A DNA stretch of 64,000 nt from Eledone cirrhosa. Taxonomy: Eukaryota. Each line of letters opens with the position of its first letter. The first letter of the stretch is position 1. This document shows, in pieces, positions 31,031 to 43,508 of this stretch. The notes beneath the pieces were generated by a model. That model worked only from the letters and a program-made list of their open reading frames with translations, did no database searches and was not told the DNA's origin. Location: contig CAXHJY010000931.1 in assembly GCA_964016885.1 (NCBI GenBank), positions 1-64,000 on the forward strand, given 5' to 3'. Position numbers and translations under genes: made by a program.

Positions 31031-31210
31031 TTGGGAATATCAGTAGAGGGTCGGACGCTATGCTTTGCAGCATAGTTACGTCCCTTTACGATCTGAGTTC
31101 AAATCCCGCTGAGGTTAACTTTGCCTTTCATCTTTACGGGGGTCGATAAAATAAAGTACCAGTAATACGCTAAGATAATTGCTGGCCTTGTGCCAAAAGA
31201 AGAAACAATT
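31031..31210 (+). mobile_element. Nin-domain tRNA-SINE
   Basis: GAGTTCAAATCCC B box, GCCTTTCATC..GGGGTCGATAAAATAAAGTACCAG. Confidence 0.88.
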
Positions 31211-31329
31211 ATTTGAGACACGAGAATACGCGTGTTTAAGTATGTCAACGTACATGTTACAGAAATATAATCTCGAACATACAATTCTACCATACACCTC
31301 TCTTTTTGAGACAATTCCTTTTAACATTG

Positions 31330-31445
31330 CGACAAGGCTAGAAATGTTGGGATATCGACCCTAGTATATTACTGGCAATTTGTTTTATCGAACCCGAAAG
31401 GTTGTAAAGCAAACTTGACCTCGGCGGGATTTGAACGCAGAACAC
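31330..31445 (-). mobile_element. Partial Nin-domain SINE
   Basis: TTTTATCGAACCCGAAAGG..GACCTCGGCGGGATTTGAAC. Confidence 0.7.
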
Positions 31446-31487
31446 TGAGTTGGAACGAGCACCGAGACATTTCTATCCCTAACAGTG

Positions 31488-31808
31488 AAGGCACGTGGAT
31501 TTGTGGTTAGAGTATGAGGCTCACGATCGTAAGGTCGTCAGTTCGATTCCCAGCGGCACGCTGTGTCCTTGAGCAGACACTCTATTTCCAGTTGCTCCAG
31601 TCGACTCAGCCAGCAAAAAATGAGTTGTACCGGTAATTCGAAGGGCAAGCCTTATCACATTCTGTATCACGCTGAATCTCCTTGAGAATTATGTTAAGGG
31701 TATAGGTGTTTGTGGAATGCTCTGCCACTTTCACGTTAACTTCACGAGAAGGCTGTTCCGTTGATTGTATAAATTGGAACACTTGTCGTCGTTACCGACG
31801 GAGTACCA
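31488..31808 (+). mobile_element. Near full-length tRNA-derived SINE, second family
   Basis: A box-like GTGGTTAGAG, B box AGTTCGATTCCC, TGTGTCCTTGAGCAGACACT core; shared with 28518-28780, 41648-41945, 61640-61848. Confidence 0.85.
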
Positions 31809-32274
31809 CTATTGCTTTAACCCTAACCACCTCAACAAAGGAGTGTCGATGTTCAACCAATGACACAGGCAATCTTCTGCCCCTCCCCGGCAACTAAGAG
31901 ACGAGGGGAGACATTGAATAGTGACGTACAAATGGAGGATTCTATTATAGGCACGTGAATGCTAAACGTAATCCTCAGATTCACTAATATTGGTGGATCA
32001 CTTACCTGCATACAGGTATTTTAGCTTTAAGTAAATGTTTATAGATTAGCTCACTAATTCTCAAAATAGAACAGGCTTTCACATAGTTTCCGTCTACCAA
32101 ATGTCATACTCGAGGCTGTAGAAATAATACTTGTCCAAAATGTCATGGAGAGGGACCGAACCCGAGACTTTACGATTGCACAGTGAACTTGTTAACTGCT
32201 CAACTATGTTGGTGAAATGTATGGGGGGGGGGGGGCATATAGCACTGTAGCTCGACTGGAGCGTTAACTAGGAC

Positions 32275-32425
32275 ACAACCACCACAACAATAACAACCAC
32301 AACAACAACCGCAACCACCGCAACCACCACAACCACCGCAACAACCATCGCAACAACAGCAGCAACAACAACAACCACAACAACCACAACCACCACAACA
32401 GCCACAGCCACAACAACAACAACAG
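32275..32425. repeat. (CAA/CAC/CAG)n trinucleotide repeat
   Basis: Direct reading; the Cys/Gly-rich ORF is an artefact. Confidence 0.9.
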
Positions 32426-32489
32426 ATAAACCTTCTGTCAGGGACGTGACGTACAATTCTGATCACAATTGAAACACTTCAGCATTAAT

Positions 32490-33495
32490 AATGGTTTCTG
32501 ATTTTAGGCACAAGGCCAGCAATTTTGAGGGAGGGGAAAATCGATTAAATCGCCCCCAGTGCATTACTGGTACTTTATGTAAGGATGAAAGGCAAAGCTA
32601 ACCTCCGAGGGAGAATATAAAGGGCTGTAATATATCCTGCAAAGCATGTATAACCCCCCCCCCCGCCTTTAGCATAACAAAACTAGATTTTGTTTCTCTA
32701 CCAAAACTACCCGAGACATCGTCCTTTTGGCTAAGATCTCAACAGAACTTCCTAGCTGAAGCCATTCTGTCACATCAACTCTACAGTGGCAGCATTAAAC
32801 TTCTCTAACAACACCGACAATAACAACAATAACACACGTAACAACAATAACACACGTAACAACAATAACGACAATAACAACAGTAACGACAGTAACAACA
32901 ACAATTTAGTAAAATATATGAATCATAAAAACAATTTAACATTTTTTATGTTAATCAACGTACAATCTTGTATATATTTAGTATCTATGGTGAAATCTAT
33001 GTTTGAATAGCAAGGTTTTAATATGGCTGAGATGTAGTTTGGTGGATTAGCAGAATTGATAGAGCATCACATGTCATTGTGGTATTTGTTCTGGCTCATT
33101 ACATTCTGATTTCAAATCGTGTCAAGGTCAACTCTTTCATCCTTCTAGGATCTATAAAATATTGTACCAGTCAAGTACTGTGGTTTATTTTATCAACTTT
33201 ATCTTTCCTACAAATTTGGTAACCTTCTCTCTAAATTAGAAATCAATATAGCTCAAGATATTTTCAGAGTTGTCTTGTATACTTACCAAAATAATTATCT
33301 CTTTATAATATTGGCAGATGGTTAGCAATTTGGGGAAAGGGGGGAAGTCGATTATATTGAGTCCAGTACTTTACTGGTACTTTATTTTACCGACTTCTGA
33401 AAGATGAAAGTTGACATTGGTGGAATTTGAATTCAGATCGTTGAAAGTCGTAACTAAATAACGCAAAACAATTGTCCCAATACCCCACCGATATT
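32490..33495. mobile_element. Cluster of three diverged Nin-domain SINEs (32490-32650 minus, 33040-33245 plus, 33308-33495 minus) around an (AAC)n tract
   Basis: GGCACAAGGCCAGCAAT tail and CTGGTACTTTATTTTA cores. Confidence 0.75.
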
Positions 33496-33570
33496 GGTAC
33501 TTCCAATACCCCACTGATATTGATACTTCCAATGCCCCACTTGCCGAAATTTTAACTATTAGTCAATCAG

Positions 33571-33603
<33 letters not shown>

Positions 33604-34302
33604 CCCACAACATAAATATTTTTAGTTAACATTTTAACACTGCCTCCGTTAAATATTCAGCCATTGATTTTTCATTCAGAAATTGTATCATCTAAACCTT
33701 TCATTGGCAAACTGCGGCCTGTCTCATTTCTGAATGGCACAGTTCACGAAACAATTACCTTGTAATTGTTGTAAGTAATGCAGTCCACCTTATGATCAAC
33801 TATATCAGCCCAATGATGCGAGAAGTTTACCCATGTCTGCTCTAAACAATTCTATTTTTCTATGCCACCCATTAGAGTTTTACATAACTATAGAGTTTTA
33901 TGTAATTATTTCAGAAAAAAAAAACAGTGAAAAGTGTTTCGCTGAGGAGGTCATTATCAGACAGAAACATGTATGTAATTGTCTAAAATACTTCACCGAA
34001 ACAGTTATATAAATTATTGAATATGTTTTTTGTATTCCTACCACAGCTGCGTTTCTATTTAGCATATTAATGCTCCCTACATTAACTATGTTCACTCTAA
34101 CTTCAGTATAATGTCCATGGAATTTGTTTCTAATTGACCAGAACTAATATTTAGAGATGTCTAACTTCATTATATCAAAATCTAAAGTTGTCTCTGAAAG
34201 ATGTCTGTAAACCTGTAAAAATTATAAAGTTTAACAATTAGATAATTTTTAGATAAATAAGTGGAGATAAACCCAACATTCCTGTTGTTGGTAATTTAGT
34301 AG

Positions 34303-34336
<34 letters not shown>

Positions 34337-34458
34337 ACACGCACGCACGCGTGTGTGTATATATAATCAATCGTAATTTTATGAAGCGTAGACCAAATGT
34401 GTTTTTAACGTATGCCACCTTAAGGTATATATATATAATATTAAGGCTAAATAATAAG

Positions 34459-34508
34459 TCTTGTTACTCTGGAGTTTCGGCTGTTTACCACAGGGTCATC
34501 AGACAAGA
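34459..34508 (-). ncRNA. Type I hammerhead ribozyme in a fold-back element (34451-34570)
   Basis: Minus strand: TCTTGT-CTGATGA-CC-CTGT(GGTAA)ACAG-CC-GAAA-CTC(CA)GAG-TA-ACAAGA; 6-bp stem I; inverted copy of the 3' half at 34541-34563. Confidence 0.78.
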
Positions 34509-35273
34509 ACTGTTCTTCTCACATGGCCGTGATAAACATACGAAACTCCAGAGTAACAAGACTCACTATTAAGCTTTAATAAGATGAATATTAAAACTCT
34601 ACTTCGGTATTGAGTACTTTTTCTCTCAGCCCCCAGCCCCCTCTTCCACTCCACGTCCCCCACCCCACATCACCCACACACTGATCTGGAGTGTAATCCA
34701 AATCTAAACAGCTAGTGTCTCCATAACAAATATTGTATCTCAGTTCAATAAAAAGCTTTAAGCAACTTTGTTGAAATAATAATAGTGTTTATATTTGTTT
34801 GTGTTGAAACTTATATCATATCGGACAACCAAGCGAGAAATCAATGGTTTCGATGTTGTTTTCTGTTATTGTGATAGAGGCCTCGACATTTCCTTCTCAA
34901 GGGTTGAATCTATTAACAATCGATGAACGGTATCGTAGAATGGTATAATTCATTTTCTGTAAACATCGATTAAACAGGAGTTCGTTTAAATACAGCACTA
35001 CGAGTGAAGACTTCCGTAACAGAAACGTAAGTTTCTTCTGGAAAAAAGGGTCGATATTGGCCCTACAGCCTTGCCCCACCATACAAAACATATTGCTAGT
35101 CGTGTCAACAACAGTCTCAATGTGGTCAATATATCTGCTTAAAATAACAGCCAAGTTACAGTGCTATCATTAAATAATAGACACATTGCATAATATAATC
35201 TTTGTCTTGGTGAATCGTGTTAGACCAGCGTGGTGATAATTTCATTTTTGAATATATGTATATATATATATAT

Positions 35274-35659
35274 ATACTAGCAGTGTATCCCGGCGTTGCA
35301 CGGATAAGAACATTGGTAATAGCACCTCCAATGAGAAACGTTTATTTGTGAGTGCCTGTTAAAAACTCTCGAACTGGACATACTCACCGACATCCAGAGT
35401 TGACACTGCACTCAGTGCTCCTGTGGGAGCCCTTGCATGGACACACTGGTAGAGGAAGACCAAAGATAACATATGTTGATGCCCTAAGGACAGACACTGG
35501 TCTGTTGGAGACGTAGGACATGGCAGCGATAATGAGGGACAGAGACCGCTGGAGAGGACTCGTCCATGGATCTCGGGAATTTCACCCGCCCTAGAAAGAT
35601 AGATATATTTTTATGTGTATATTTATATATAAGTATATGTGTATATGTGTTTGTATATG

Positions 35660-35696
<37 letters not shown>

Positions 35697-36040
35697 GTGT
35701 GTGTGTATGTGTGTGTATGTATGTATATGTGTATATATATGTATATATGTGTGTGAATGTGGCGAAGATAATACGTCAGCAATGACGTGTTGGTCATACT
35801 GCCATTATGCAGACAGCCAGGCATACAGACAGATATTATAAGTGCGCGACGGAGATCGAATACCGGCGCCTAACACCCCTTTAACAACAGAAAATTGAAA
35901 AATAAAAGCTGGAGTTAATATCTTTAGACCGCAAGGAATATATAAATGCAAGTTTGAAGTCAATCAGAGTAGAAATGTGGATTTGTATAGACTTTGCCAA
36001 AATGAGGACACACAGACAACTACAGTTATATATATATATA
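35274..36040 (+). mobile_element. Helitron/Helentron-associated non-autonomous element interrupted by an RTE fragment and microsatellite
   Basis: TACTAG start plus subterminal hairpin TATCCCGGCGTTGCACGGATA; end GTGGATTTGTATAG..CACAGACAA..TATATATA. Confidence 0.5.
35391..35600 (+). mobile_element. RTE-group LINE 3' fragment
   Basis: HPELTLHSVLLWEPLHGHTGRGRPKITYVDALRTDTG..MRDRDRWR: typical RTE C-terminus; internal stop. Confidence 0.8.
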
Positions 36041-36429
36041 TATATATAATATATATATATTATATATATTGTATGTCACGTACATGCACAAATGTATTTT
36101 AGTTTTAAGTGAATATTTATAGATACGACCTATTTATTAAGGAGTTTAAATAACTATACATATGATACCTTTTTTGTATTGAGTGTTTTGTTGGTTCGGC
36201 TGTCACGATGAATAGTTAAAATAAGGGTTGAAGGAGAAGATGAGTAAGGTAATGAGCAAAATAGAATTAGATGGTGGGTAAGATGGTCGGTAGAGAAATC
36301 GGCAAAATGATGCGTAAATGGGGGTGTTGGTCAAGTTAGAATGGTGGATAAGTTGATGTATAAATGGATGGGTAAAGAGATGGGTAAAATGTGGATAGGG
36401 TGATGGATACAATGAGGGGTGAAATGGCA

Positions 36430-38098
36430 GGAAGGTAGTGGATAAAATGGTGGGTAGGAAGATGGATAAGATGAGGGAAATGACAGGTAGGATAGTGGAT
36501 AGGAGGTGGGTAGGTGATGGATAAGATGTGTGAAATGGCAGGTAAGGGGGTAGGGTGATGAGTGAAATTACAGGCAGGATGGTGGGTAGGGTGATGAGTG
36601 AAATGACAGGTAAGATTGTGGGTAGGGTGATGAATGAAATAACAGGTAAGATGGTGGGTAGGGTGATGAGTGAAATGACAGGTAAGATTGTGGGTAGGGT
36701 GATGAATGAAATAACAGGTAAGATGGTGGGTAGGGTGAGTGAAATGACAGGTAAGCTGGTGGGTAGGGTGAGTGAAATAACAGGTAATATGGTGGGTAGA
36801 GTGAGTCAGTGAAATAACAGGTAAGATGGTGGGTAGAGTGATGAGTGAAATGACAGGTAGGATGGTGGGTAGGGTGAGTGAAATAACAGGTAATATGGTG
36901 GGTAGGGTGAGTGAAATAACAGGTAAGATGGTGGGTAGAGTGATGAGTGAAATGACAGGTAGGATGGTGGGTAGGGTGAGTGAAATAACAGGTTAGATGG
37001 TGGGTAGAGTGAGTGAAATGACAGGTAATATGGTGGGTAGGGTGAGTGAAATAACAGGTAATATGGTGGGTAGGGTGAGTGAAATAACAGGTAGGATGGT
37101 GGGTAGGGTGAGTCAGTGAAATGACAGGTAAGATTGTGGGTAGGGTGAGTGAAATGACAGGTAAGATGGTGGGTAGAGTGATGAGTGAAATAACAGGTAG
37201 GATGGTGGGTAGGGTGAATGAAATAACAGGTAAGATGGTGGGTAGAGTGATGAGTGAAATAACATGTTAGATGGTGGGTAGGGTGAGTGAAATAACAGGT
37301 TAGATGGTGGGTAGGGTGAGTGAAATAACAGGTAAGATGGTGGGTAGAGTGATGAGTGAAATGACAGGTAGGATGGTGGGTAGGGTGAGTGAAATGACAG
37401 GTAATATGGTGGGTAGAGTGATGAGTGAACGACAGGTAGGATGGTGGGTAGGGTGAGTCAGTGAAATAACAGGTTAGATGGTGGGTAGGGTGAGTGAAAA
37501 CAGGTTAGATGGTGGGTAGAGTGATGAGTGAAATGACAGGTAAGATGGTGGGTAGAGTGATGAGTGAAATAACAGGTTAGATGGTGGGTAGAGTGATGAG
37601 TGAAATGACAGGTTAGATTGTGGGTAGGGTGAGTCAGTGAAATGACAGGTTAGATGGTGGGTAGGGTGAGTGAAATGACAGGTAAGATGGTGGGTAGAGT
37701 GATGAGTGAAATGACAGGTTAGATTGTGGGTAGGGTGAGTCAGTGAAATGACAGGTTAGATGGTGGGTAGAGTGAGTCAGTGGATTGACAGGTAAGATGG
37801 TGGGTAGGGTGAGTGAAATGGTGGGTAGGGTGATGAGTGAAATGACAGGTAAGATGGTGGGTAGGGTGAGTGAAATAACAGGTAAAATGGTGGGTAGGGT
37901 GAGTGAAATGACAGGTTAGATTGTGGGTAGGGTGAGTCAGTGAAATGACAGGTTAGATGGTGGGTAGGGTGAGTGAAATGACAGGTAAGATGGTGGGTAG
38001 AGTGATGAGTGAAATGACAGGTTAGATTGTGGGTAGGGTGAGTCAGTGAAATGACAGGTTAGATGGTGGGTAGGGTGAGTGAAATGACAGGTAAGATA
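36430..38098. repeat. 33/36/37-bp minisatellite GGTAGGGTGA(TGA)GTGAAATGACAGGTAAGATGGTG
   Basis: About 45 units, degenerate toward the left edge. Confidence 0.95.
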
Positions 38099-38980
38099 AA
38101 GATGGAATAAACAAATACTTCGTCCGACACTCTACCGATTCACTGCTTCCTATAAACCTGATTGTTTTTTCTCTCAGATCAGTTCTGGTGCAACAGAAGC
38201 TGTTATCAAAGGTTTTCCAGTCATGACCATCCAGTCTTAGTTTAACATATAATGTTTTTAGGCTTACATGATCCTAGATACACTTTTCTCCTTTGGTTTT
38301 AAGGTTGTAGTGTGTGGTTTGAGTGGGTGAGTTAACTGCTATATCTAGCATGACTACTACTTCTATTGTTTTAGTTAAAGGTCGATAGTATACTCTCCAC
38401 CTCTTCCACTCTTATCATTTTCTAGATTTCCTCTTCCCCTCCATTTCCTCTCCCCCATTTCCCCCCTCCCTCTCCCCCATTTTCCTCCTTCTCTTCATCC
38501 TACATCACTTCACGTCAGAGAACTTCTACATAATAGCTTGACATGCTAGAAATAGACGCTAAATAATACTTTTTAATTTTCCGTCTTGAAGAATTGAAGG
38601 TCACGTTGTATAGGAGACATCGTCTGAAAATAAAATGGAGTATTTTGTTCAGTATTTTGTTCAGTATTTTAGTCTAACTACAGTATCTCTACAACATTCT
38701 TCGCTTCCACATGTGACCAACCCCCAGAAGTTCAAACTAGACATATACAGAATTAGTCGCACGAAACTCATTTATCTTCTCTCCAACCAAGAGGGTCTAA
38801 AGCACCTACTGGAATTCTAATTTTTCTTATTTCTCATTTGCCTAAATTAAACTTGTCATGATCTTTCGATAAAACCATTTAGAAATAGACACAATTTCTT
38901 TTATTGATTTACTAATCATACATACATACATACATACATACACACATACATACATACATACATACATACGTACGTACGTA

Positions 38981-39590
38981 CCTGGGAGAATGTTCCAGTC
39001 AAAACCCAAATAAAATGCAGGCTTAACAGACCAGATATGATATGGGAGAGGGAAAGAAAGCATGCACAGTGGTGGAAATTAGCTGCCCAGCAGATGCCAA
39101 TATAATATCAAAGATTAGTGAAAAGGAGAATATTTATGCAGAACTGATGAGAAATCTGCAGATACTCCATCCTGATTACAACTTCAGATTTATGCCTATG
39201 ATTATTGGGGCACTGGGATATGTTAGTAACTACCTCAATACAAATCTTGAGAAGCTAGGCTTCACAGGAACAGAAATAACACAACTAGTTAGGAAATTAC
39301 AAGTACAATCCATTAATGGAACAGTAAAAATATGTAAAACATTCCAAAAATGTTGCATCTAATAACTGCATATACATATGTACAGATACAAAGCATATAC
39401 ACATGCACACATACAACTCAAAACATCCACATCCACACATACAGTAACATCCATATCTACACATGCATACAGACATACATACATATCTACCTAGTTGATG
39501 TTGTGTAAATTCCAATGAGAGTCTTGTGTCTGTTAGAAACCGACTCTCTCTCTATTGGTAAAACTTTGTGAAATTATAAAACCAGAAGAA
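38981..39590 (+). mobile_element. 5'-truncated R4/Dong-like non-LTR retrotransposon (RLE domain plus 3' UTR)
   Basis: WENVPVKTQIKCRLNRPDMIWER/KACTVVEISCPAD..SEKENIYAELMRNL..PMIIGALG; flanked by (CATA)n. Confidence 0.85.
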
Positions 39591-39625
39591 CATACATACA
39601 TACATACATGCATGCATGCATGCAT

Positions 39626-39981
39626 GTTGTCAGAAAAATACAGGTTGTCAGAAAAATATAGGAGGAGGACATCTACGGACCATTGATGAGGAGTTTACAA
39701 ATCCAGTATCCAAGATACATTTTAGCTTCATACCCATCATTATTGGAGCTACGGGTTATATACCAACCCGCTTGGACCAAAGTATGACTGAACTTGGATT
39801 TGCGGACAAAAAGCGCAGCTCCCTAATTCATAGTCTACAAATGGCTGCGATAGCTGGCACCTTCAAAATTTGCAAAACATTCTTGCGATTCAAGGGATGA
39901 CAATTTCTTTTCTTTTACAACCTTGCTACCAGGAAGGTGGCCGGTCAAAAAAATATACTCGAAATTAAGAGAAAGAGATAA
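39626..39981 (+). mobile_element. Second, divergent R4/Dong-like 3' fragment
   Basis: EDIYGPLMRSLQIQYP/FSFIPIIIGATGYIP..GTFKICKTF, homologous in protein to the upstream copy; followed by CATA/CGTA repeats. Confidence 0.8.
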
Positions 39982-40214
39982 CATACGTTCGTACATACAT
40001 ACGTTCGTACATACATACGTTCGTACATACGTTCGTACATACGTTCATACGTACATACGTTCATACGTGCATACATACGTACATACATACATACATTCGT
40101 ACACAGATTCGTACGTACATACATACGTACACAGATTCGTACGTACATACATTCGTACATACATTCGTACATACATACATACGTACATACATTCGTACAT
40201 ACGTACATACATAC

Positions 40215-40550
40215 TTGACGGTTGCAAGTCGATTTCGAGTAAAGCCATCACTTGATACTTAAACATGAGCATGAAAGACGTGGCTTTTTAGTCTTGCTAG
40301 AGACTTGCCTATGACCAGCAATACCATACATCGCAAAAAATGTCACATAACAAGCGATGCCTGTGCTTGAAGCTTTTTCAAGTAAGGAAAGGCTTTGCAC
40401 GGGGCCAATCTCACTCTCTGAACAGCGAATGCATTTACCCCAAAAGAACTGGTTTACATCATTGGATACAAATGAAGTCGCAGCTTTTATATCTGTGACC
40501 TCCTAGAGAGATGTCTTAATGAAGAGTAGCAATCTCCCGCCTCACAAAAC
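40215..40550 (-). mobile_element. Degenerate LINE 3' end (RTE-like zinc-finger tail)
   Basis: GKSLARLKSHVFHAHV*; shares CGATTTCGAGTAA..CTTGATACTTAA.CATGAGC with 48233-48273. Confidence 0.5.
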
Positions 40551-40900
40551 ATACATACGTGTGTGTGGGGGAGGGGAACGGTTGCAGAATCCTTTTTCAA
40601 ACAGATTATTAGTTTATTAGTTTCAGGGACCCAATGAAAAATTTAAAATCTTACTGAGCCCTTCTCAGTCACGGACTCACATACGACCTTCCACCCAACA
40701 GTTATGTACTTTGTATGACCAATCGTTCATTCAATTTTGAGTTCAAAATATTTACTTGAGTAAAACCTCTGATTAGTGTATCTCAAGGTGGACATATGTC
40801 TCTTAATCTCTTAATAGAACGGTTTGAAAACAAGGATTAGAGTAAAATGGAAAACATTCTATGTAAGTGGCACAGAATTAAGTTGATCTGTCCAAGGGAG

Positions 40901-40931
<31 letters not shown>

Positions 40932-41232
40932 ATTATAATTATGAAGACCGAAATCCAAAGAAGGCTCGATAAAGATTATATATAGTTTTAGAAGTTCCCG
41001 TAAAAGGTTGAAAGCAGCGATTCTTTGCTTAGACTTTAATCTGTACTAATTATATATATATATAGATAGATAACCCACTCTACTACCTTAAGTATCGAGT
41101 ACTTTGGTGTGTTATGGTCCACCTGGTTTTGCAAGAGATGTCAACATGAATGGACCTGTTATTTTTATCTAAAGACATTTTTTCCAATTCCAACCCGCCC
41201 GTCCTCTCAATCTATTTTATTTCTCATTCTTT

Positions 41233-41267
41233 ATTCTGATGAAGGACTAGCGTCCGAAACGTTAAGT
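41233..41267 (+). ncRNA. Minimal type I hammerhead ribozyme in a PLE pLTR-like remnant (41070-41350)
   Basis: ATT-CTGATGA-A-GGAC(TAGC)GTCC-GAAACGT-TA-AGT; palindromic AACGTT stem III. Confidence 0.78.
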
Positions 41268-41475
41268 CCCTCTTCCTGCTATATCAAGCGTTAACCTGAT
41301 ATATCCCTTCCTTATACTGTACCGATTGTGTTGTTATTTCTGTTTACCTTTTACGCACGCACACACACACACACATACATACATACATACATATTATTGC
41401 CTGGATGTGTGTTGTGTTGTGATCACTAAAGGAAGAGCCTTCGATATGTAATCATAGAGGTAAATATTCTATATC

Positions 41476-41596
41476 GTATAAAATACATGGTAAACTGGCG
41501 TATACCTTCCTAGCTTTTCCGAAGTGGGATCAACATTACGTCGGGAAACTTGGAGTACCTAGGAACGTATACGCTAGTTTACCATGTATTTTATAC
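41476..41596. repeat. 38-bp inverted repeat (2 mismatches) enclosing an HHR 3'-half remnant
   Basis: GTATAAAATACATGGTAAACTGGCGTATACCTTCCTAG and its reverse complement; spacer contains GAAACTTGGAGTA. Confidence 0.8.
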
Positions 41597-41647
41597 AACA
41601 TAGTGTGTGTGTATATATATATATATAATATATATATATATACATAA

Positions 41648-41945
41648 GGGTAAATACCCCCTTCGGTCACGAATGACGATAGCATTTGCACCTAGAAAGT
41701 TCCCCTTCAAGGCACAAGTCCGGGCAAGGTGGTTTGTGGAAGACCAGCAGTCGCCCATGCATACCACCCTCCGCCTCTCCAGGCCACCAATAATGTCAAA
41801 GGGAAAGACAATGGCTGATACAGCTTGACACCAGTGACGTCGCAACTCATTTCTACAGCTGAGTGCACTGGATCAACGTGAAATAAAGTGTCTTGCTCAA
41901 GAACACAACGCAAAGCCCGGTCCGAGAATTTAACTCACAACCTCA
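41648..41945 (-). mobile_element. tRNA-derived SINE (second-family head, different tail)
   Basis: AAAGTGTCTTGCTCAAGAACACAACGC core, CAGCTGAGTG, unique tail ending AAGGGGGTATTTACC. Confidence 0.75.
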
Positions 41946-42389
41946 GTTTTGTAAGCGTATGTATGTATTATGTATGTATGTGTGTAGTGTGTGTATGTAC
42001 ACACACATGCGTTACTCTCCAGTTCACACACTTGGTGATATGTTTTCAATATTACTTCCAATGGAATTATTCAAGAAAACACCTGCAAGATGGCTGTACT
42101 GTGTTTTCTGGTGAATCTGAAAGAAAGAATTGTTTTATTAGAATATCAGGCTTATGAAATCGTGTCAAACATTCTCATCTTAGTTCGAAAATTAAATTTT
42201 AATACCACCGAATTAAGTGCGATAATAGCAGGAGTTGGTGCAAAATACGCCAACTTCAGCATTCGGTAATCAGAAGGGAGGTAGGTCTAAAAGCCAAACT
42301 CGCTATCTTCAATTTGGTATTCGTACCAACCCTTACCTATGAACATAAATCTTAGGTAATGACCGAAAGAATACGAACGCGAATACATG

Positions 42390-42761
42390 TGACCAAAATT
42401 GGATTCCTCTGAAGGCTCTTTGGAGTAATGTTACTCAATATAGTGGGTAGCTCGGAAATCTGAGATTCACTCCAGGTAGAGCCGCTATTTCTCCGAATTG
42501 AGAGATCACAGCTCCGATACTATGGGCATGTGGTTAGAATGTCTCAGGAAAGAATCGCTGAACAGATTTTACAGGCAAAACCAACTGGTAGGAGACCCAG
42601 GGTAAGACCCCCGAGCAAGATAGTTGGATAACATCTATGAGCTTGGCTGGTCACGCTTGGGGATCCAGCTGGATCAGTTGGAGACAGTTACTTCTGACAG
42701 GACCCACTGGATGGAGTGCCCCCACAACCCTATCAGGAATAAGTGGGCGAAGAAGAAGAAA
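42390..42761 (+). mobile_element. RTE-clade (Rex3/Expander-like) LINE 3' fragment
   Basis: VEPLFLRIERSQLRYYGHVVRMSQERIAEQILQAKPTGRRPR..ELGWSRLGI; (GAA)n tail. Confidence 0.85.
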
Positions 42762-43232
42762 CGTTGTAAATTTAGAATCATGAAATGGTAGTCATGAATT
42801 AAATAATTAATCGTATATTTATTAGCAATACAGAACGCTCTCCCCTGACATATACATAGCGTTTAGTCCCTTGTGACCATCATGAACACCTGTTGGGTTA
42901 CCCAGGTAAATATTATAGTCACCTTCTGTTATTAATGTTCGTTAATAGAATGACCCAGGTAATGAACTCCCAAAGGTCTCCTTCACCTATTTATAGGTAT
43001 GTGCCAAGGAAGGCCAATTTCTGAATACTGCTTCATCGGTTCTTATATTCTGTTAAAATTGTGTTAGAGGTTTAAGCTGAAGGTGATCCCTAATGTGGCT
43101 GACATCCTTTACCAACTCAGCTTGAAGAGCGATAAATTAACGCCACTTTGTGCTTGATGTTTACCACCTACATCAGTATGTAGAAGTTCTGAGTTTGGTT
43201 GTGATTGCCATATGACACACAGACGCACGCGC

Positions 43233-43398
43233 TACTTCTACAGGACTAGAACTGTTTCATTCGATGGGAATCATCAGAAAAGCCGGCTTTCCTGGTGATC
43301 TCTTTCGAATGAAACAGTTCTAGTCCTGTAGAAGTAATTTCTATATTAAACATTTTTAATCTACTGTGCATTGAGTACGTTACTTACTGAACCCGGGA
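43233..43398. ncRNA. Head-to-head hammerhead pair (minus 43235-43281; plus 43288-43334 with CTGGTGA core mutation) plus tail
   Basis: Palindrome centred on AAAGCCGGCTTT; both arms read CTGRTGA..GAAT-GAAAC-AGTTCTAGTCCTG-TA-GAAG; same family as 50864-50982. Confidence 0.78.
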
Positions 43399-43508
43399 CT
43401 CGCATGTAATGTTCACTTATATACAATTATAGAAGACTATTCTGTATATAACAAAAGTTTCCCCAAACATATTTTCACCATTTTGTAAGAAACCAGTTTT
43501 AACTATAA

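Noticed and set aside
31488-31560. tRNA genes at A/B-box sites
   Set aside because: No cloverleaf; heads continue into multi-copy SINE bodies
32200-32466. Metallothionein- or keratin-associated-like Cys/Gly ORF
   Set aside because: Antisense reading of a (CAA/CAC)n repeat
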